Part shown: in pieces, positions 38,911 through 49,423 of the stretch
Layout: each line of letters starts with the position of its first letter
Position numbering within the stretch: the stretch's first letter is position 1
NCBI GenBank assembly: GCA_945787505.1
Contig: CALZHC010000001.1
Location: 4,971-68,970 of the forward strand
Length of the DNA stretch: 64,000 bases
Reading direction: 5' to 3'
Source of the DNA: an uncultured Alistipes sp.
GTDB lineage: Bacteria; Bacteroidota; Bacteroidia; Bacteroidales; UBA932
The notes under the pieces: model-generated
Told to the model about the DNA's origin: nothing
The model's database searches: none
Seen by the model: only the letters and a program-made list of their open reading frames with translations
Program-made: the position numbers and the translations under genes

Positions 38911-41714
38911 AGCAGATACCCTCCTTCATCTCCTCCTTCAGGTCCCAGTTCTATGATATGGTCTGCTGCCTTGATTACATATCGGTTATGTTCTACCACG
39001 ATTATCGAGTGTCCTTTGGCTATCAGGGAGTCAAAGGATTGGAGCAACTTGGAGATGTCCTCGAAATGAAGACCTGTGGTAGGCTCATCGAAGATGAACA
39101 GCACAGGTGAGGAGGTACGTCTGCAGTCAGATTCCTTGCCAAGGAAATAGGCAAGTTTGACTCGTTGACTCTCGCCACCGCTAAGGGTAGAGCTGTTCTG
39201 ACCCAAAGCGACATAACCCAATCCTACATCATGCAAAGGCTTGAGTTTGGATGCAATTCTCAATGCAGCGGGGTCACCCTGTGAAGAGAAGAACTCTATT
39301 GCCTGGTCGACACTCATATCCAGCACATCCGAGATTGACTTGTCTCTGTACCTGACCTGAAGTATTTCAGGTTTGAAACGTTTCCCTCCACATGACTCGC
39401 AGGTCATTGTGATGTCAGCCATGAACTGCATGGATATCTTGATGACACCCTCTCCCAGACACTCCGGACATCTCCCTCCGTCGATATTGAAAGAGAAATG
39501 GGAGTGCCCGAATCCGTTCATCTTTGCGTAAGGCTGTTCCGAGAAGAGCTTGCGGATTTCATCGTATGCCTTGATATATGTTACAGGATTTGATCTGGAA
39601 CTCTTGCCTATGGGATTTTGGTCCACAAATTCTACTGCGGAAATCTTGTCAAGTGCACCTGTCAGAGCCATATAGGATCCCGGATTGGGTCCTGTCTGCT
39701 TAAAGTGCCTGTTCAAGGCAGGATAGAGAATATCCCCTACGAGGGTAGACTTTCCCGAACCGCTCACTCCTGTTACCACAGTGAGAACATTAAGCGGAAA
39801 CTTCACATCTATGTGTTTGAGGTTGTTTTCACATGCCTCTTTGATTTCAATATAATCCCTCCACTCTCTTTTGGAAGCAGGGGAAAGAAGCTGTTTTTCA
39901 CCAAGCAGATACTTAAGAGTCAATGACTTGGGATACTTTTCCAGCAGACGATTCCTCTCTGTGTCGGAAATATTATCTGCAGGCGGCGCACCGCAATAGA
40001 CCACCTCTCCGCCATGGCTCCCGGCCAGTGGACCGATATCCACCAGATAGTCGGCAGATCTGATAATCTCTTCATCGTGTTCTACGACAATGACACTGTT
40101 GCCCAGATCCCGCAGACCCTTTATCACACCTATAAGCCGCTTGGTATCCCTGTCGTGAAGTCCGATACTTGGTTCGTCGAGAATGTACATCGATCCGGTA
40201 AGCGAATTTCCCAAGGAATTGACAAGGTTTATTCTCTGGCTTTCTCCTCCACTAAGTGTGTTGGATGCCCGCTTGAGGGTAAGATACGAAAGGCCTACAT
40301 TGTCTATGTAGGAAAGTCTCTGCCTAATTTCTCCGAGACACCTTCTGCAGATTTGCTCCTCGTGAGCGGAGAGCTTGAGATTATCGAAAAACGAAATGAG
40401 ATCCTTGATACTCATGGACATCAGTTCATCAATATTCTTTCCACCCACCTTGACATAGAGGGATTCTTTTCTCAGTCTGCTTCCGTTACATTCAAAACAG
40501 TGAGCACGTCCTGTGTAGCGGGAAATCATATATCTGTTCTGGATCTTGTACCTCTTCTTTTCAAGTTCCTTGAAAAAGGGAATAATGCCTGTAATATACG
40601 AGTTGCCTTGCCAAAGCTCGCTTTTCTGCTCATCGGTCAGCTCTTTATAAGGAGTGTGTATAGGAAAATCGAAATGTTCTGCATTCAATATAACCTCCTC
40701 CTTGAAGTGTTTCATCACCTCCCCTTTCCAGCATGCTATGGCATCCTGATAGACTGAGAGAGCCTGATTGGGAATTACTAAAGATTCGTCTATGCCCTCG
40801 GTCTTACCGAAACCGCCACAGACCGGACAAGCACCCAAAGGGCTGTTGTAATTGAATAGCCACTCCTGTGGTTCTTCGAAAAATAATCCGTCGGCCTCGA
40901 AGAATGAAGAGTATCTGTCATCCCTTTTAACCTCCATATCTTCATTGACAAAGAGTATTCTGACATAACCTCTTCCCTTATCGAATGCCGTGGTGAGAGA
41001 GTCTCGGGCTGATGATAGTGTAGCAGTATCATTTTGAGTAAATTCTCCGGATGAATAACGGTCAACAAGAAGCAAAATGTCACTATCTACATAAGTGTCA
41101 AGCCCCTGCATGACCCTGTCGATGCGAAGCACACTCATGCGGCCATCAGGGGTGACCATGGCCAGACGCGAGAAGCCCTCCTCCTTGAGCTTTAGGAGAA
41201 GTTCCACTTTTGATTCACATTTTTGCCAGCCGATATCACTGAGAATGACCATAACATCACCGGCAAACTCTTCAGATGAAGCATACCTGATGCTTTCGGC
41301 AATGACACTTTCGTGATCGTCACACTTGACCTGTTTGCCCGATAGAGGCGAATAGGTCTTGCCTGCCTTGGCGAAGAGCAGTCTCAGATAATCGTAAATC
41401 TGAGTTACCGAGCCCACTGTCGAGCGTGGATTCCTCGTGGATACCTTTTGTTCTACGGCAATGGCTGGAGGAATACCCGTGATACTCTCCACATCAGGCT
41501 TTGTCATCCTGCCTAAAAACTGCCTTGCAAAGGATGAGAGACTCTGTGCAAATCGCCTCTGCCCCTCGGCAAAAAGAGTATCAAAGGCAAGCGATGACTT
41601 TCCTGAGCCTGATATACCGGTTATAACCACAAACTTGTTCCTCGGTATGTCGATATCCACCCCCTTGAGGTTATTCACACGAGCATTCTTTATATGTATA
41701 AAGCCATTATCCAT
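38907..41714 (-). CDS. uvrA: Excinuclease ABC subunit A
   Basis: 935 aa. N-terminal [47 protein letters not shown], zinc-finger Cys clusters, two ABC signature motifs (LSGGESQR twice), and a second Walker [10 protein letters not shown]. Confidence 0.96.
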   Translation of the reverse strand: MDNGFIHIKNARVNNLKGVDIDIPRNKFVVITGISGSGKSSLAFDTLFAEGQRRFAQSLSSFARQFLGRMTKPDVESITGIPPAIAVEQKVSTRNPRSTVGSVTQIYDYLRLLFAKAGKTYSPLSGKQVKCDDHESVIAESIRYASSEEFAGDVMVILSDIGWQKCESKVELLLKLKEEGFSRLAMVTPDGRMSVLRIDRVMQGLDTYVDSDILLLVDRYSSGEFTQNDTATLSSARDSLTTAFDKGRGYVRILFVNEDMEVKRDDRYSSFFEADGLFFEEPQEWLFNYNSPLGACPVCGGFGKTEGIDESLVIPNQALSVYQDAIACWKGEVMKHFKEEVILNAEHFDFPIHTPYKELTDEQKSELWQGNSYITGIIPFFKELEKKRYKIQNRYMISRYTGRAHCFECNGSRLRKESLYVKVGGKNIDELMSMSIKDLISFFDNLKLSAHEEQICRRCLGEIRQRLSYIDNVGLSYLTLKRASNTLSGGESQRINLVNSLGNSLTGSMYILDEPSIGLHDRDTKRLIGVIKGLRDLGNSVIVVEHDEEIIRSADYLVDIGPLAGSHGGEVVYCGAPPADNISDTERNRLLEKYPKSLTLKYLLGEKQLLSPASKREWRDYIEIKEACENNLKHIDVKFPLNVLTVVTGVSGSGKSTLVGDILYPALNRHFKQTGPNPGSYMALTGALDKISAVEFVDQNPIGKSSRSNPVTYIKAYDEIRKLFSEQPYAKMNGFGHSHFSFNIDGGRCPECLGEGVIKISMQFMADITMTCESCGGKRFKPEILQVRYRDKSISDVLDMSVDQAIEFFSSQGDPAALRIASKLKPLHDVGLGYVALGQNSSTLSGGESQRVKLAYFLGKESDCRRTSSPVLFIFDEPTTGLHFEDISKLLQSFDSLIAKGHSIIVVEHNRYVIKAADHIIELGPEGGDEGGYLL

Positions 41715-41727
41715 AGCATCTTAACTC

Positions 41728-43890
41728 TTATCTGTTAACTGTTCTCCTTACTGTAACCACACCTCTGACCTTCTTCATCTGTGAAAGAATCTTGTCCAGG
41801 ACACTGTTACCAGCTACGAATACCTGTATGAGGATGTTGAACATTCCGGCATTCCTTCCGGTAAGAGCCTCGACAGAGCTGGATCGGACAGAACCACCGA
41901 ACTTGGCAACACATTCGGTAAGGGCCGGAAAGGCCGAACTGTCGTACGCCGTAACCTTGATACATGTCTGGAAACTTCCCTCCTTTGCATCTTCCCTCCA
42001 CTTGACTTTTTGGATACGGTAAGGGTATTCCTCTATAAGTCTGCGAGCATTGGGGCAGCTCATCCTGTGAATCCTGATTCCATTCTTGACTGAGACGAAA
42101 CCAAATACCTCGTCCCCGAAAATGGGATTACAGCACTTTGCCATCTGATAACTTACACTGCCCAGTTTTTCATCTATGACAATATAGTCATCCCCTGACC
42201 TGGCTCCTGAAGAGTTCCCGCTCTGCTGTGCGGATGCACAAGCATCCGTCTTTATGGCATCATTGTTTTCCTCCTTTGATGCGAGGAATGACTTGACCTC
42301 CATCACATCAATAGTACCATCTTCAATGGCGACAAAGAAATCACTGATATTCTTCAGTTTATATTTTTTGCTCAGTATCTGTATATCTTCATCCTCCAGA
42401 GTCAGCTTCCAATTCTTGAGCCTCCTTTCAAGCATCTCGCGTCCCTGGGCAGCCACCTTAAGCTGCTCCTCGCGCAGCTTCAGACGAATCTTGTTGCGAG
42501 CCTTGCTCGTCACCACGAAATTCAGCCAGTCCGCAGAGGGTTTTTGATTTTTGGAAGATTTGATCTCAATGACCTCACCAGTCTTGAGGAGTTGCTTAAT
42601 AGATGCCGGCTTTCCATCCACCAGCGCACCTGAGCACCTGAGTCCCAGATTGGTATGAATTCCAAAAGCAAAATCGAGTATTGTGGCCCCCTTTGGGAAT
42701 CTTCTCAATGTGCCGTCAGGAGTAAAGACAAAGACCTCATCCGAGAGCGTTCCTGCGAAACTGTTATATGATGTGGTAGAACCGTTTTCCAAAATATTTC
42801 TTACACCTGAAAGCCAGTTCATCACCTCTCCCTGCTCCTTTATTCCCTTATAGGACCAGTGGCTCGCATTTCCCTTTTCAGCCACCCTGTCCATTCTCTC
42901 AGTCCTGATTTGCACCTCGACGAAGTGGTCCGAGCTATCCGACACCGTGGTGTGGAGAGATTCGTATCCATTCTCCTTCGGAACCGTAATCCAGTCCCTA
43001 AGACGATTTACATCAGGTTTGTACTCTTCTGTGACAATGGAATATACCTTCCAGCACAAGTCATGTTCCGCCCAGATGTCATCCGGTGCATCAATAATTA
43101 TGCGGATTGCTAAAAGATCTTTCACCCCCTCGAATGTGACTCCCTGCTTCTGCATCTTCTTCCAAATCGAGTATGCGCTCTTTGTCCTCTGTTTGATGAC
43201 TGCCTTAATTCCTTCAGCAGCAATTCTTGACTTGAGCGGTTCAATAAACGAAGTGATCATCTTGCGGCGGTCAGCCTCCGTTGCTGCAAGCTTGTTGGTA
43301 ATCTCCCTGTACTTTTCAGGTTCGGTGAATTTAAAGAAGATATTCTCCAGCTCCTGCTTGATGTTGTAGAGTCCAAGCTGGTGTGCTATCGGGATATAGA
43401 GGAACATGGTCTCCATGACCTTCCTCTCCTGTGATGATTTAGGAAGAAGATCTATGTTTCGCATCACCTCCAGCCTGTCTGCCAGTTTGATAAGGGTGAC
43501 CCGTGGATCTTTCGAATATGATAGAATAAGATGCTTGTAGTTGTCAGCCTCCAGTTTGGTCTCCTTAGGCTTGATAGCAGCGATTTTGTTGAGTCCCCAT
43601 GCCATTTCGGTAATCTCCGCTGAGAACCTCTTCACCTTTGGTGAATCTGCAAGTTCCGGATTGAAACGCAAGGCCTCGTGGAGAAAAAGAGCTGCTACCG
43701 ACTCGGGGCCCAGCGCAAGGTCCTTTGCGACGATCCTCGCCACGCCTAACGGATGCTCTATAAACGGGTGTCTGTTCTCCCTTGTCTTTCCTTCCAGAGA
43801 CTCCTTTGCCAAAGAGAAAGCATACTCTACCTCTTCCCTTCCCTTTTCATCATATTCTGAGACTATCTCATTCAACACATTTTCTATCAT
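41728..43890 (-). CDS. RelA/SpoT homologue (long RSH): intact synthetase, TGS and ACT-like domains, with a divergent hydrolase motif
   Basis: 720 aa. Synthetase motifs RTKSAYSIWKKM, LLAIRIII, YESLHTTV and EVQIRT, then a TGS domain (VFVFTPDGTLRRFPKGATILDFA). The HD-domain signature reads LFLHEALRFN instead of the canonical LLHDvvEDT. Confidence 0.88.
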   Translation of the reverse strand: MIENVLNEIVSEYDEKGREEVEYAFSLAKESLEGKTRENRHPFIEHPLGVARIVAKDLALGPESVAALFLHEALRFNPELADSPKVKRFSAEITEMAWGLNKIAAIKPKETKLEADNYKHLILSYSKDPRVTLIKLADRLEVMRNIDLLPKSSQERKVMETMFLYIPIAHQLGLYNIKQELENIFFKFTEPEKYREITNKLAATEADRRKMITSFIEPLKSRIAAEGIKAVIKQRTKSAYSIWKKMQKQGVTFEGVKDLLAIRIIIDAPDDIWAEHDLCWKVYSIVTEEYKPDVNRLRDWITVPKENGYESLHTTVSDSSDHFVEVQIRTERMDRVAEKGNASHWSYKGIKEQGEVMNWLSGVRNILENGSTTSYNSFAGTLSDEVFVFTPDGTLRRFPKGATILDFAFGIHTNLGLRCSGALVDGKPASIKQLLKTGEVIEIKSSKNQKPSADWLNFVVTSKARNKIRLKLREEQLKVAAQGREMLERRLKNWKLTLEDEDIQILSKKYKLKNISDFFVAIEDGTIDVMEVKSFLASKEENNDAIKTDACASAQQSGNSSGARSGDDYIVIDEKLGSVSYQMAKCCNPIFGDEVFGFVSVKNGIRIHRMSCPNARRLIEEYPYRIQKVKWREDAKEGSFQTCIKVTAYDSSAFPALTECVAKFGGSVRSSSVEALTGRNAGMFNILIQVFVAGNSVLDKILSQMKKVRGVVTVRRTVNR

Positions 43891-45902
43891 TTGTCAAGAT
43901 TCATTAATTGATACATTTCATCACGATATCTGGCAGCACTCAGATAATCAAGTTCCTTTGCCGCTGCCTCCATTTTAGCCCTTGCAGCCTCGATGGCAGC
44001 TGTCAGTTCCTTGTGGCTCATCTTCATGACGACGGGGTCATCATTAAGAAGTGAGACACTGCCCTCCGGTACACCTTCCCGGTAGCCGACACCTTCTGAA
44101 CGACCCTGCTGCGGGGCGAGCGTATTCTTCCTGTCATTCCTAATCTGCGTGGGTGTGATATTATGGATCCGGTTATACTCCTGCTGCTTTTTCCTTCTGC
44201 GCTCAGTCTCCTCTATCGTCCTGCGCATCGAACCGGTAATGGTATCAGCGTACATGATTACAAGTCCGTGCAGATTTCGTGCCGCCCTGCCGGCTGTCTG
44301 TGTCAATGCCCTGTCAGAACGAAGGAATCCCTCCTTGTCGGCATCGAGAATCGCCACAAGCGAAACATCCGGAATATCCAGTCCCTCCCTAAGAAGATTG
44401 ACTCCTACCAACACGTCAAACCGACCTGCCTTGAAGTCTTCAATTATCTCCACCCTTTCAAGCGTATCGACATCAGAATGGATATACCTTACACGTACTC
44501 CCCTGTGACTCAAGAATTTCTCAAGCTCCTCTGCCATCCTCTTGGTCAGAGTGGTAACCAGTACCCTTTCGTCCACCTCACTGCGTTTTTCAATCTCCTC
44601 AAGCAGATCATCCACCTGATTTCGTGTAGGACGCACCTCAATCGGTGGATCCGTGATACCTGTAGGACGGATAACCTGTTCCACGACAAGACCATCCGAA
44701 TACTGCAATTCGTAATCCCCAGGGGTCGCACTGACAAAGATTCTTTGACCTATAAGCCTCTCGAACTCATCAAATTTCAAAGGTCTGTTATCCGCTGCGG
44801 CAGGCAGCCTGAATCCATACTCCACAAGGATATCCTTTCTCGACCTGTCACCTCCGAACATTGCCTTGACCTGTGGAAGAGTCACGTGACTCTCGTCAAT
44901 GAAGGTAACAAAATCCGATGGGAAATAGTCAAGCAGACAGAATGGTCTCTCCCCTGCCGACCTACCGTCAAAATAACGCGAATAGTTCTCTATGCCTGGA
45001 CAATACCCAAGCTCCTTTATCATCTCAATATCGTACTCCACCCTCTTTTTCAGGCGGTTTGCCTCATAAGACTTTCCAATCTCCTGAAAATAGTCATACT
45101 GTTTTACCAGATCGTCCTGAATCATCCTGATTCCCTGAAGAGTTCTCTCTCTGGTAGTGACAAAGATATTGGCAGGATAGATATTCACTTCGTCCGGGAA
45201 TTCATATTCAGCACCGGTAAGAGGATCTGTTATGGAAATCTCCTCAACGGTATCTCCGAAAAAGACGATTCTGCACGCACTGTCGGTATATGCAAGATAA
45301 ATATCCACCGTATCACCTTTTACACGAAAGGTACCTCTCTTGAATTCAATATCATTGCGAGAATAGAGTGCATCCACAAGCCTATAAAAGAGCTTGTTTC
45401 TGGAGATCTTCATCCCTACTGAAATCTTTATCGTATTCTCATGAAAATCAGAAGGATTTCCAATTCCATAGAGACAAGAGACACTAGATATAACAATCAC
45501 GTCCCTGCGTCCCGAAAGAAGTGCAGAGGTAGCACTGAGCCTGAGTTTCTCGATTTCATCGTTGATACTCAGATCCTTTTCAATATATGTATCCGTAACA
45601 GGCAGGTATGCCTCCGGCTGATAATAATCATAGTAAGAGACAAAATACTCTACGGCATTATCCGGGAAAAAAGCCTTGAACTCCCCGTAAAGCTGAGCAG
45701 CAAGTGTCTTGTTATGACTCAGAATAAGAGCAGGACGCTGAAGTCTCTCTATTACATTTGCCATTGTGAAAGTCTTGCCGGAGCCGGTCACACCCATAAG
45801 CGTAACAGAGGGTGCACCTGCTTCAATCGAAGAGGCGATCTCCTTAATCGCTTCGGGCTGGTCGCCCGTAGGCCTGAATGGTGAAACAAGTTTAAATGGC
45901 AT
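43887..45902 (-). CDS. uvrB: Excinuclease ABC subunit B
   Basis: 671 aa. FKLVSPFRPTGDQPEAI, Walker A GVTGSGKT, DESH box (IDESHVTLPQ), helicase motif VI (QTAGRAARN), and a C-terminal UVR domain. Confidence 0.96.
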   Translation of the reverse strand: MPFKLVSPFRPTGDQPEAIKEIASSIEAGAPSVTLMGVTGSGKTFTMANVIERLQRPALILSHNKTLAAQLYGEFKAFFPDNAVEYFVSYYDYYQPEAYLPVTDTYIEKDLSINDEIEKLRLSATSALLSGRRDVIVISSVSCLYGIGNPSDFHENTIKISVGMKISRNKLFYRLVDALYSRNDIEFKRGTFRVKGDTVDIYLAYTDSACRIVFFGDTVEEISITDPLTGAEYEFPDEVNIYPANIFVTTRERTLQGIRMIQDDLVKQYDYFQEIGKSYEANRLKKRVEYDIEMIKELGYCPGIENYSRYFDGRSAGERPFCLLDYFPSDFVTFIDESHVTLPQVKAMFGGDRSRKDILVEYGFRLPAAADNRPLKFDEFERLIGQRIFVSATPGDYELQYSDGLVVEQVIRPTGITDPPIEVRPTRNQVDDLLEEIEKRSEVDERVLVTTLTKRMAEELEKFLSHRGVRVRYIHSDVDTLERVEIIEDFKAGRFDVLVGVNLLREGLDIPDVSLVAILDADKEGFLRSDRALTQTAGRAARNLHGLVIMYADTITGSMRRTIEETERRRKKQQEYNRIHNITPTQIRNDRKNTLAPQQGRSEGVGYREGVPEGSVSLLNDDPVVMKMSHKELTAAIEAARAKMEAAAKELDYLSAARYRDEMYQLMNLDK

Positions 45903-45912
45903 CTATATCAAA

Positions 45913-47100
45913 CTATTTAATTATGTCCTTCAGGTCTATGCTTTTGAAAGCCATATGTGTATGAAGTCCCTCATACAGTACCCCTACCAAATCCCTATCC
46001 ACCAATGTCAGTGAAGAGTAGCCCCACGACAGAAGGGAATCTACCCTGTAAGTGTACTCGTCCGGCCACGTTTGACCCATATCCATAGATACTCTTATCG
46101 TGAGGTTCTCGCGTCGGGTCCAGCTGTCAGGATTACAGAAAAGAAGCAGATCCTTTCCCGTAAAGTTGTCTTCAGCCTTAACTTTAATCAGCGAAGCCAT
46201 GCATACAGGCTCCTTAAGTGTTCCCCTGGACGTAGGGTGTTCCCTCCAAGTAGCACCATAATCGGATGTGGTGTAGATCGCCCTTCCCTGACGCAGGTCA
46301 TTCCTCATATTGAGCATAAGCACTCCATCTTCAAGTTCTACGACAGCCGATTCAGTCGTATTGGGCGAAGGTGCCGATTCCGAACTGCGCCAGTTTTCAC
46401 CTCCATCAGTACTGTACATTATCAGAGAATGGGGAACATCGTTCTCATCCTTGTACTGTAACGGGAAAACCAGCGTTCCATTCTTCATTGTGATTCCGGT
46501 TCCAGGCCCCTGCAGAGTGAATCTCCACTGAGGATTCTTCACCTGCGAGGTAATATTGCGAGGCTCTGACCAAGTCACTCCGTCATCTTCACTACATACT
46601 ATCATTATCTGTGCAGTCTCCAATGGAGACATTCCGCTGCCCACATGTCCCCACGCACGCGTATCCACAGAGAGTCCGTGAGTCCACACTGCAACTACGA
46701 AAACCTTTCCGGTATTATCATCAACTAAAATTGAAGGATCACCTATACCATTGAGTTCATCGGGCAGTCCACCCCACTCACCCATGTCCATAATGACCTT
46801 CATCTTCTCCCATGTAGCTCCACCGTCGGTGCTCCTGCTCATACCTATGTCTATATCCCCCTGAAGATCATACGAATCCCTATATCTCATATCATAAACG
46901 GCAATAAGGGTTCCCTTCGGTGTCCTGACGATTCCGGGAATCCTGTATGCGGCCACTCCATCATCGCCGGCATTTCTGACCTGGGATTCCAAAGGTTCGA
47001 AGTCCCTCTCTCTTGCACACCCCACCGCAGCTAACAGAGCAGATGCAACCAGCAGGGTTCTAACAAAATTGTTCAAAACATTCATTTTCCTCATAATCAC
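45913..47100 (-). CDS. Exo-alpha-sialidase (GH33) lipoprotein
   Basis: 395 aa. Signal peptide and lipobox (LAAVGC), RIP motif (AAYRIPGIV), and four Asp-boxes (SRSTDGGATW, SEDDGVTW, STDGGENW, TSDYGATW). A catalytic beta-propeller only, with no obvious CBM. Confidence 0.88.
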   Translation of the reverse strand: MIMRKMNVLNNFVRTLLVASALLAAVGCARERDFEPLESQVRNAGDDGVAAYRIPGIVRTPKGTLIAVYDMRYRDSYDLQGDIDIGMSRSTDGGATWEKMKVIMDMGEWGGLPDELNGIGDPSILVDDNTGKVFVVAVWTHGLSVDTRAWGHVGSGMSPLETAQIMIVCSEDDGVTWSEPRNITSQVKNPQWRFTLQGPGTGITMKNGTLVFPLQYKDENDVPHSLIMYSTDGGENWRSSESAPSPNTTESAVVELEDGVLMLNMRNDLRQGRAIYTTSDYGATWREHPTSRGTLKEPVCMASLIKVKAEDNFTGKDLLLFCNPDSWTRRENLTIRVSMDMGQTWPDEYTYRVDSLLSWGYSSLTLVDRDLVGVLYEGLHTHMAFKSIDLKDIIK

Positions 47101-47118
47101 AGATATTACGAATAATTA

Positions 47119-47126
47119 CAAAAATA
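47119..47126 (-). promoter_or_regulatory. Candidate -7 box (TATTTTTG on the minus strand) for the sialidase gene
   Basis: The reverse complement of 47119-47126 is TATTTTTG (TAnnTTTG), about 19 nt upstream of the start codon at 47100. Confidence 0.35.
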
Positions 47127-47155
47127 GAGAAAATATCTGTAAAATCCTCGGAACA

Positions 47156-49423
47156 CTAACTTCTCTTGAATACCATTTCAAGTCGGATACCCCCTGAGGG
47201 GCCCATCTTTCCGACTGATACACTACATCCCATCGATTCGACCATTCGGCGGCAGTTGGTAATATCAGGATCACAGTTCTCTATAAAGACGACCACATCC
47301 CCCTCTATCTCAAGCCATCCGACATAAATATCCCCCTTACAGCAATTCAGTCCGTTGGAAATAAGAATATTCACGACCTGAATGAAGACATACCTGTTAA
47401 CGACAATCTGGCTTCCAGAAGGTCCCGGAATCAGCTGTACAGAGACAGGAGTGCTGATGGCAAAGTTCATAAGAACCTCATCCAAAAGTTCCGAAACAAG
47501 ATTTGGCGCAAGAGAGCGTGGATCATCATCCGACTTGCCTTTGGTACTGTCAAAGACCTCATTGAGCAAGCCAAGAAGCTGCGTATTGTTCCTCATGAGA
47601 GACTCCCCGCAATTGACCTTCTCCTGGTCAGAGAGCACATTGAACTTATGAGCTAACAATCTGGAATAGCCTATTATATTCTTGATAGGTTCTATCAGTT
47701 CAGGGGAAACTGAAGCGAGAAAGTTCTCCTTCTCGGAAATCTCTTCACTGCGGGAATAGACCTTGTGAAGTTCTTCATTACGATAGTGGGTCTTTTCATC
47801 GAAATAGAAGAAACCAGCCTTAAGAGCAACACCGTTCTCTTCAGCCGGCAGACATATCATATGGATTCGGACAGCTTTCACAGAATCAGTTCCGGGCAGA
47901 TCAAGCAGAGCCTCCAGGTCAGCACCTCCATCGAAGTTGCCCTTCATAAGCATTGCCTTTAAGGAGCTTCGCCCGGGTTCATGTGTTCTCTCCAAAACAG
48001 TATCCAGCGGAAACGCCTTAATCGGAATATTGAAATCCTTATAAAATGTATCAGAAAATTCTATAGTCCCGTCTTTATATAGTTGCCACAAGTATGAATC
48101 CAACTCAGAAAGAATAGAAGCCACCTGTTGTTCGTACCTCTTTGCTTCCTTTGCCTTGTTCAACAGCCCCTTATGCATTCTTTTCTGCTTGACAAAAACA
48201 ACAGCAGGGAGAATAATGGCATAAATGACAAATAGAATCACGATAAATGGAACGGAGAGACGTATAATCCAATAAAGCGTCTTAGATTTTTTTGACAAAG
48301 GAAGGTTTACAAAGTTGACACCCTCTGGAAATTCGCTCGCATAATTGTGCACCCTTTTGCATATTCTCCAGTCAAGCCAATACTCCTTTTTCAATACCAC
48401 CCATGGAATATTTTTAGGCGCAGTACCCGAGAGTATTTTATCCACAATGGGATGTGTCTGCTCCCACATAGATGGGAAAGGGGTAAAATAGCCCCCCATA
48501 CATGAATTCATCGGATTTAAAAGCGGAAGATTGAAATACTCGGGAGTCATCGCAAAATATGGACCGATATTATAATTCATCGCCATATTTGAATAGACAT
48601 CATTCTTGATATGAAGAAAGGAGGTACTCTGCTGCTGGGTGTAGAAAATCCAGTTAAGTTCAAAACCGCCGGGTTTCTCAGGATGGCGGTCATTCTTCTG
48701 AGGATTCATGATACTTATGGGGAAAAGCGTAATCCTTTTATCTCTCTTGCGGGGAGATGAAATTCTGTCCAGCTGCTCAAGATAGAGATTGGGTCTGTAA
48801 TGAAGAGTATCATTGCCCACCTGAGCGAGAAAACTCCTTCTGATACAATCATCCACGTATGTACTGTCCATCACAGTTAACACATAGCTTGGATAACCTA
48901 AAGCACAGATAAAATCAAGATTTTCCTTTACGGCAGGACGCGACTCCATGACCACCACATTAGGCCGTTTGGCCAGCAGATCGCCATAGTTGGGATCTAC
49001 CACACCGGTGCAGATGGTAGGTGTATTTCTAAGAATCGGTTCATCAAGACGGGCTGCAGAGTGAGATAGATGATCACCATGAATTATCAGCATGTCCGGA
49101 TTGATTTCCATCTCCTTTATCTCCTCGAGTGCATTCAAAATAATCTGCCTCTCATCACGGGCATACTCATTGAGATGAACATAGTTATTAATGTTGGTCA
49201 CCACATAATAGAAATGGAGAGAGTAGCGGGTAGAGTCCTTAAACTCCTTCTTTGCAGATTCGGTGAAACTCTGCCATATCTGAGTCTTGTTGTGATAAGG
49301 GACCAGAAACAAGATATCCTTTTTCTGTCCCTTTGCGGCCATATTTTGGCTAAGAGCCAGAAAAAGAATGATAATAATCAACACTACCCTGTTACCGAAT
49401 TTATTCATCTTGCTCATCATCAT
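47156..49423 (-). CDS. Membrane sensor protein, histidine-kinase paralogue with degenerate catalytic core (pseudokinase)
   Basis: 755 aa with the same architecture as the upstream kinase: signal/TM, a roughly 370-aa extracytoplasmic domain, a TM helix, a PAS-like linker, a DHp-like region and a CA-like region. The H-box reads FLASVSPELIEPIKNIIGYSRLL, so Pro (codon 47704-47702) sits where the paralogue has His. The G1 (ENCDPDI) and G2 (ESMGCSV) boxes are lost. 4-nt start/stop overlap with the upstream kinase gene. Confidence 0.7.
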   Translation of the reverse strand: MMMSKMNKFGNRVVLIIIILFLALSQNMAAKGQKKDILFLVPYHNKTQIWQSFTESAKKEFKDSTRYSLHFYYVVTNINNYVHLNEYARDERQIILNALEEIKEMEINPDMLIIHGDHLSHSAARLDEPILRNTPTICTGVVDPNYGDLLAKRPNVVVMESRPAVKENLDFICALGYPSYVLTVMDSTYVDDCIRRSFLAQVGNDTLHYRPNLYLEQLDRISSPRKRDKRITLFPISIMNPQKNDRHPEKPGGFELNWIFYTQQQSTSFLHIKNDVYSNMAMNYNIGPYFAMTPEYFNLPLLNPMNSCMGGYFTPFPSMWEQTHPIVDKILSGTAPKNIPWVVLKKEYWLDWRICKRVHNYASEFPEGVNFVNLPLSKKSKTLYWIIRLSVPFIVILFVIYAIILPAVVFVKQKRMHKGLLNKAKEAKRYEQQVASILSELDSYLWQLYKDGTIEFSDTFYKDFNIPIKAFPLDTVLERTHEPGRSSLKAMLMKGNFDGGADLEALLDLPGTDSVKAVRIHMICLPAEENGVALKAGFFYFDEKTHYRNEELHKVYSRSEEISEKENFLASVSPELIEPIKNIIGYSRLLAHKFNVLSDQEKVNCGESLMRNNTQLLGLLNEVFDSTKGKSDDDPRSLAPNLVSELLDEVLMNFAISTPVSVQLIPGPSGSQIVVNRYVFIQVVNILISNGLNCCKGDIYVGWLEIEGDVVVFIENCDPDITNCRRMVESMGCSVSVGKMGPSGGIRLEMVFKRS

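Noticed and set aside
40014-40757. 247-aa plus-strand ORF opposite uvrA; also 13680-14306 opposite dcp and 15061-15561 opposite rpoD
   Set aside because: All lie antisense to strongly supported housekeeping genes and show no recognisable features.
44163-45422. Long 419-aa plus-strand ORF (and 44149-44508, 45441-45884) opposite uvrB
   Set aside because: It lies entirely antisense to a gene with unmistakable UvrB motifs. The translated sequence is low-complexity and Arg/Leu/Ser/His-rich with no recognisable domain. This is a typical shadow ORF.
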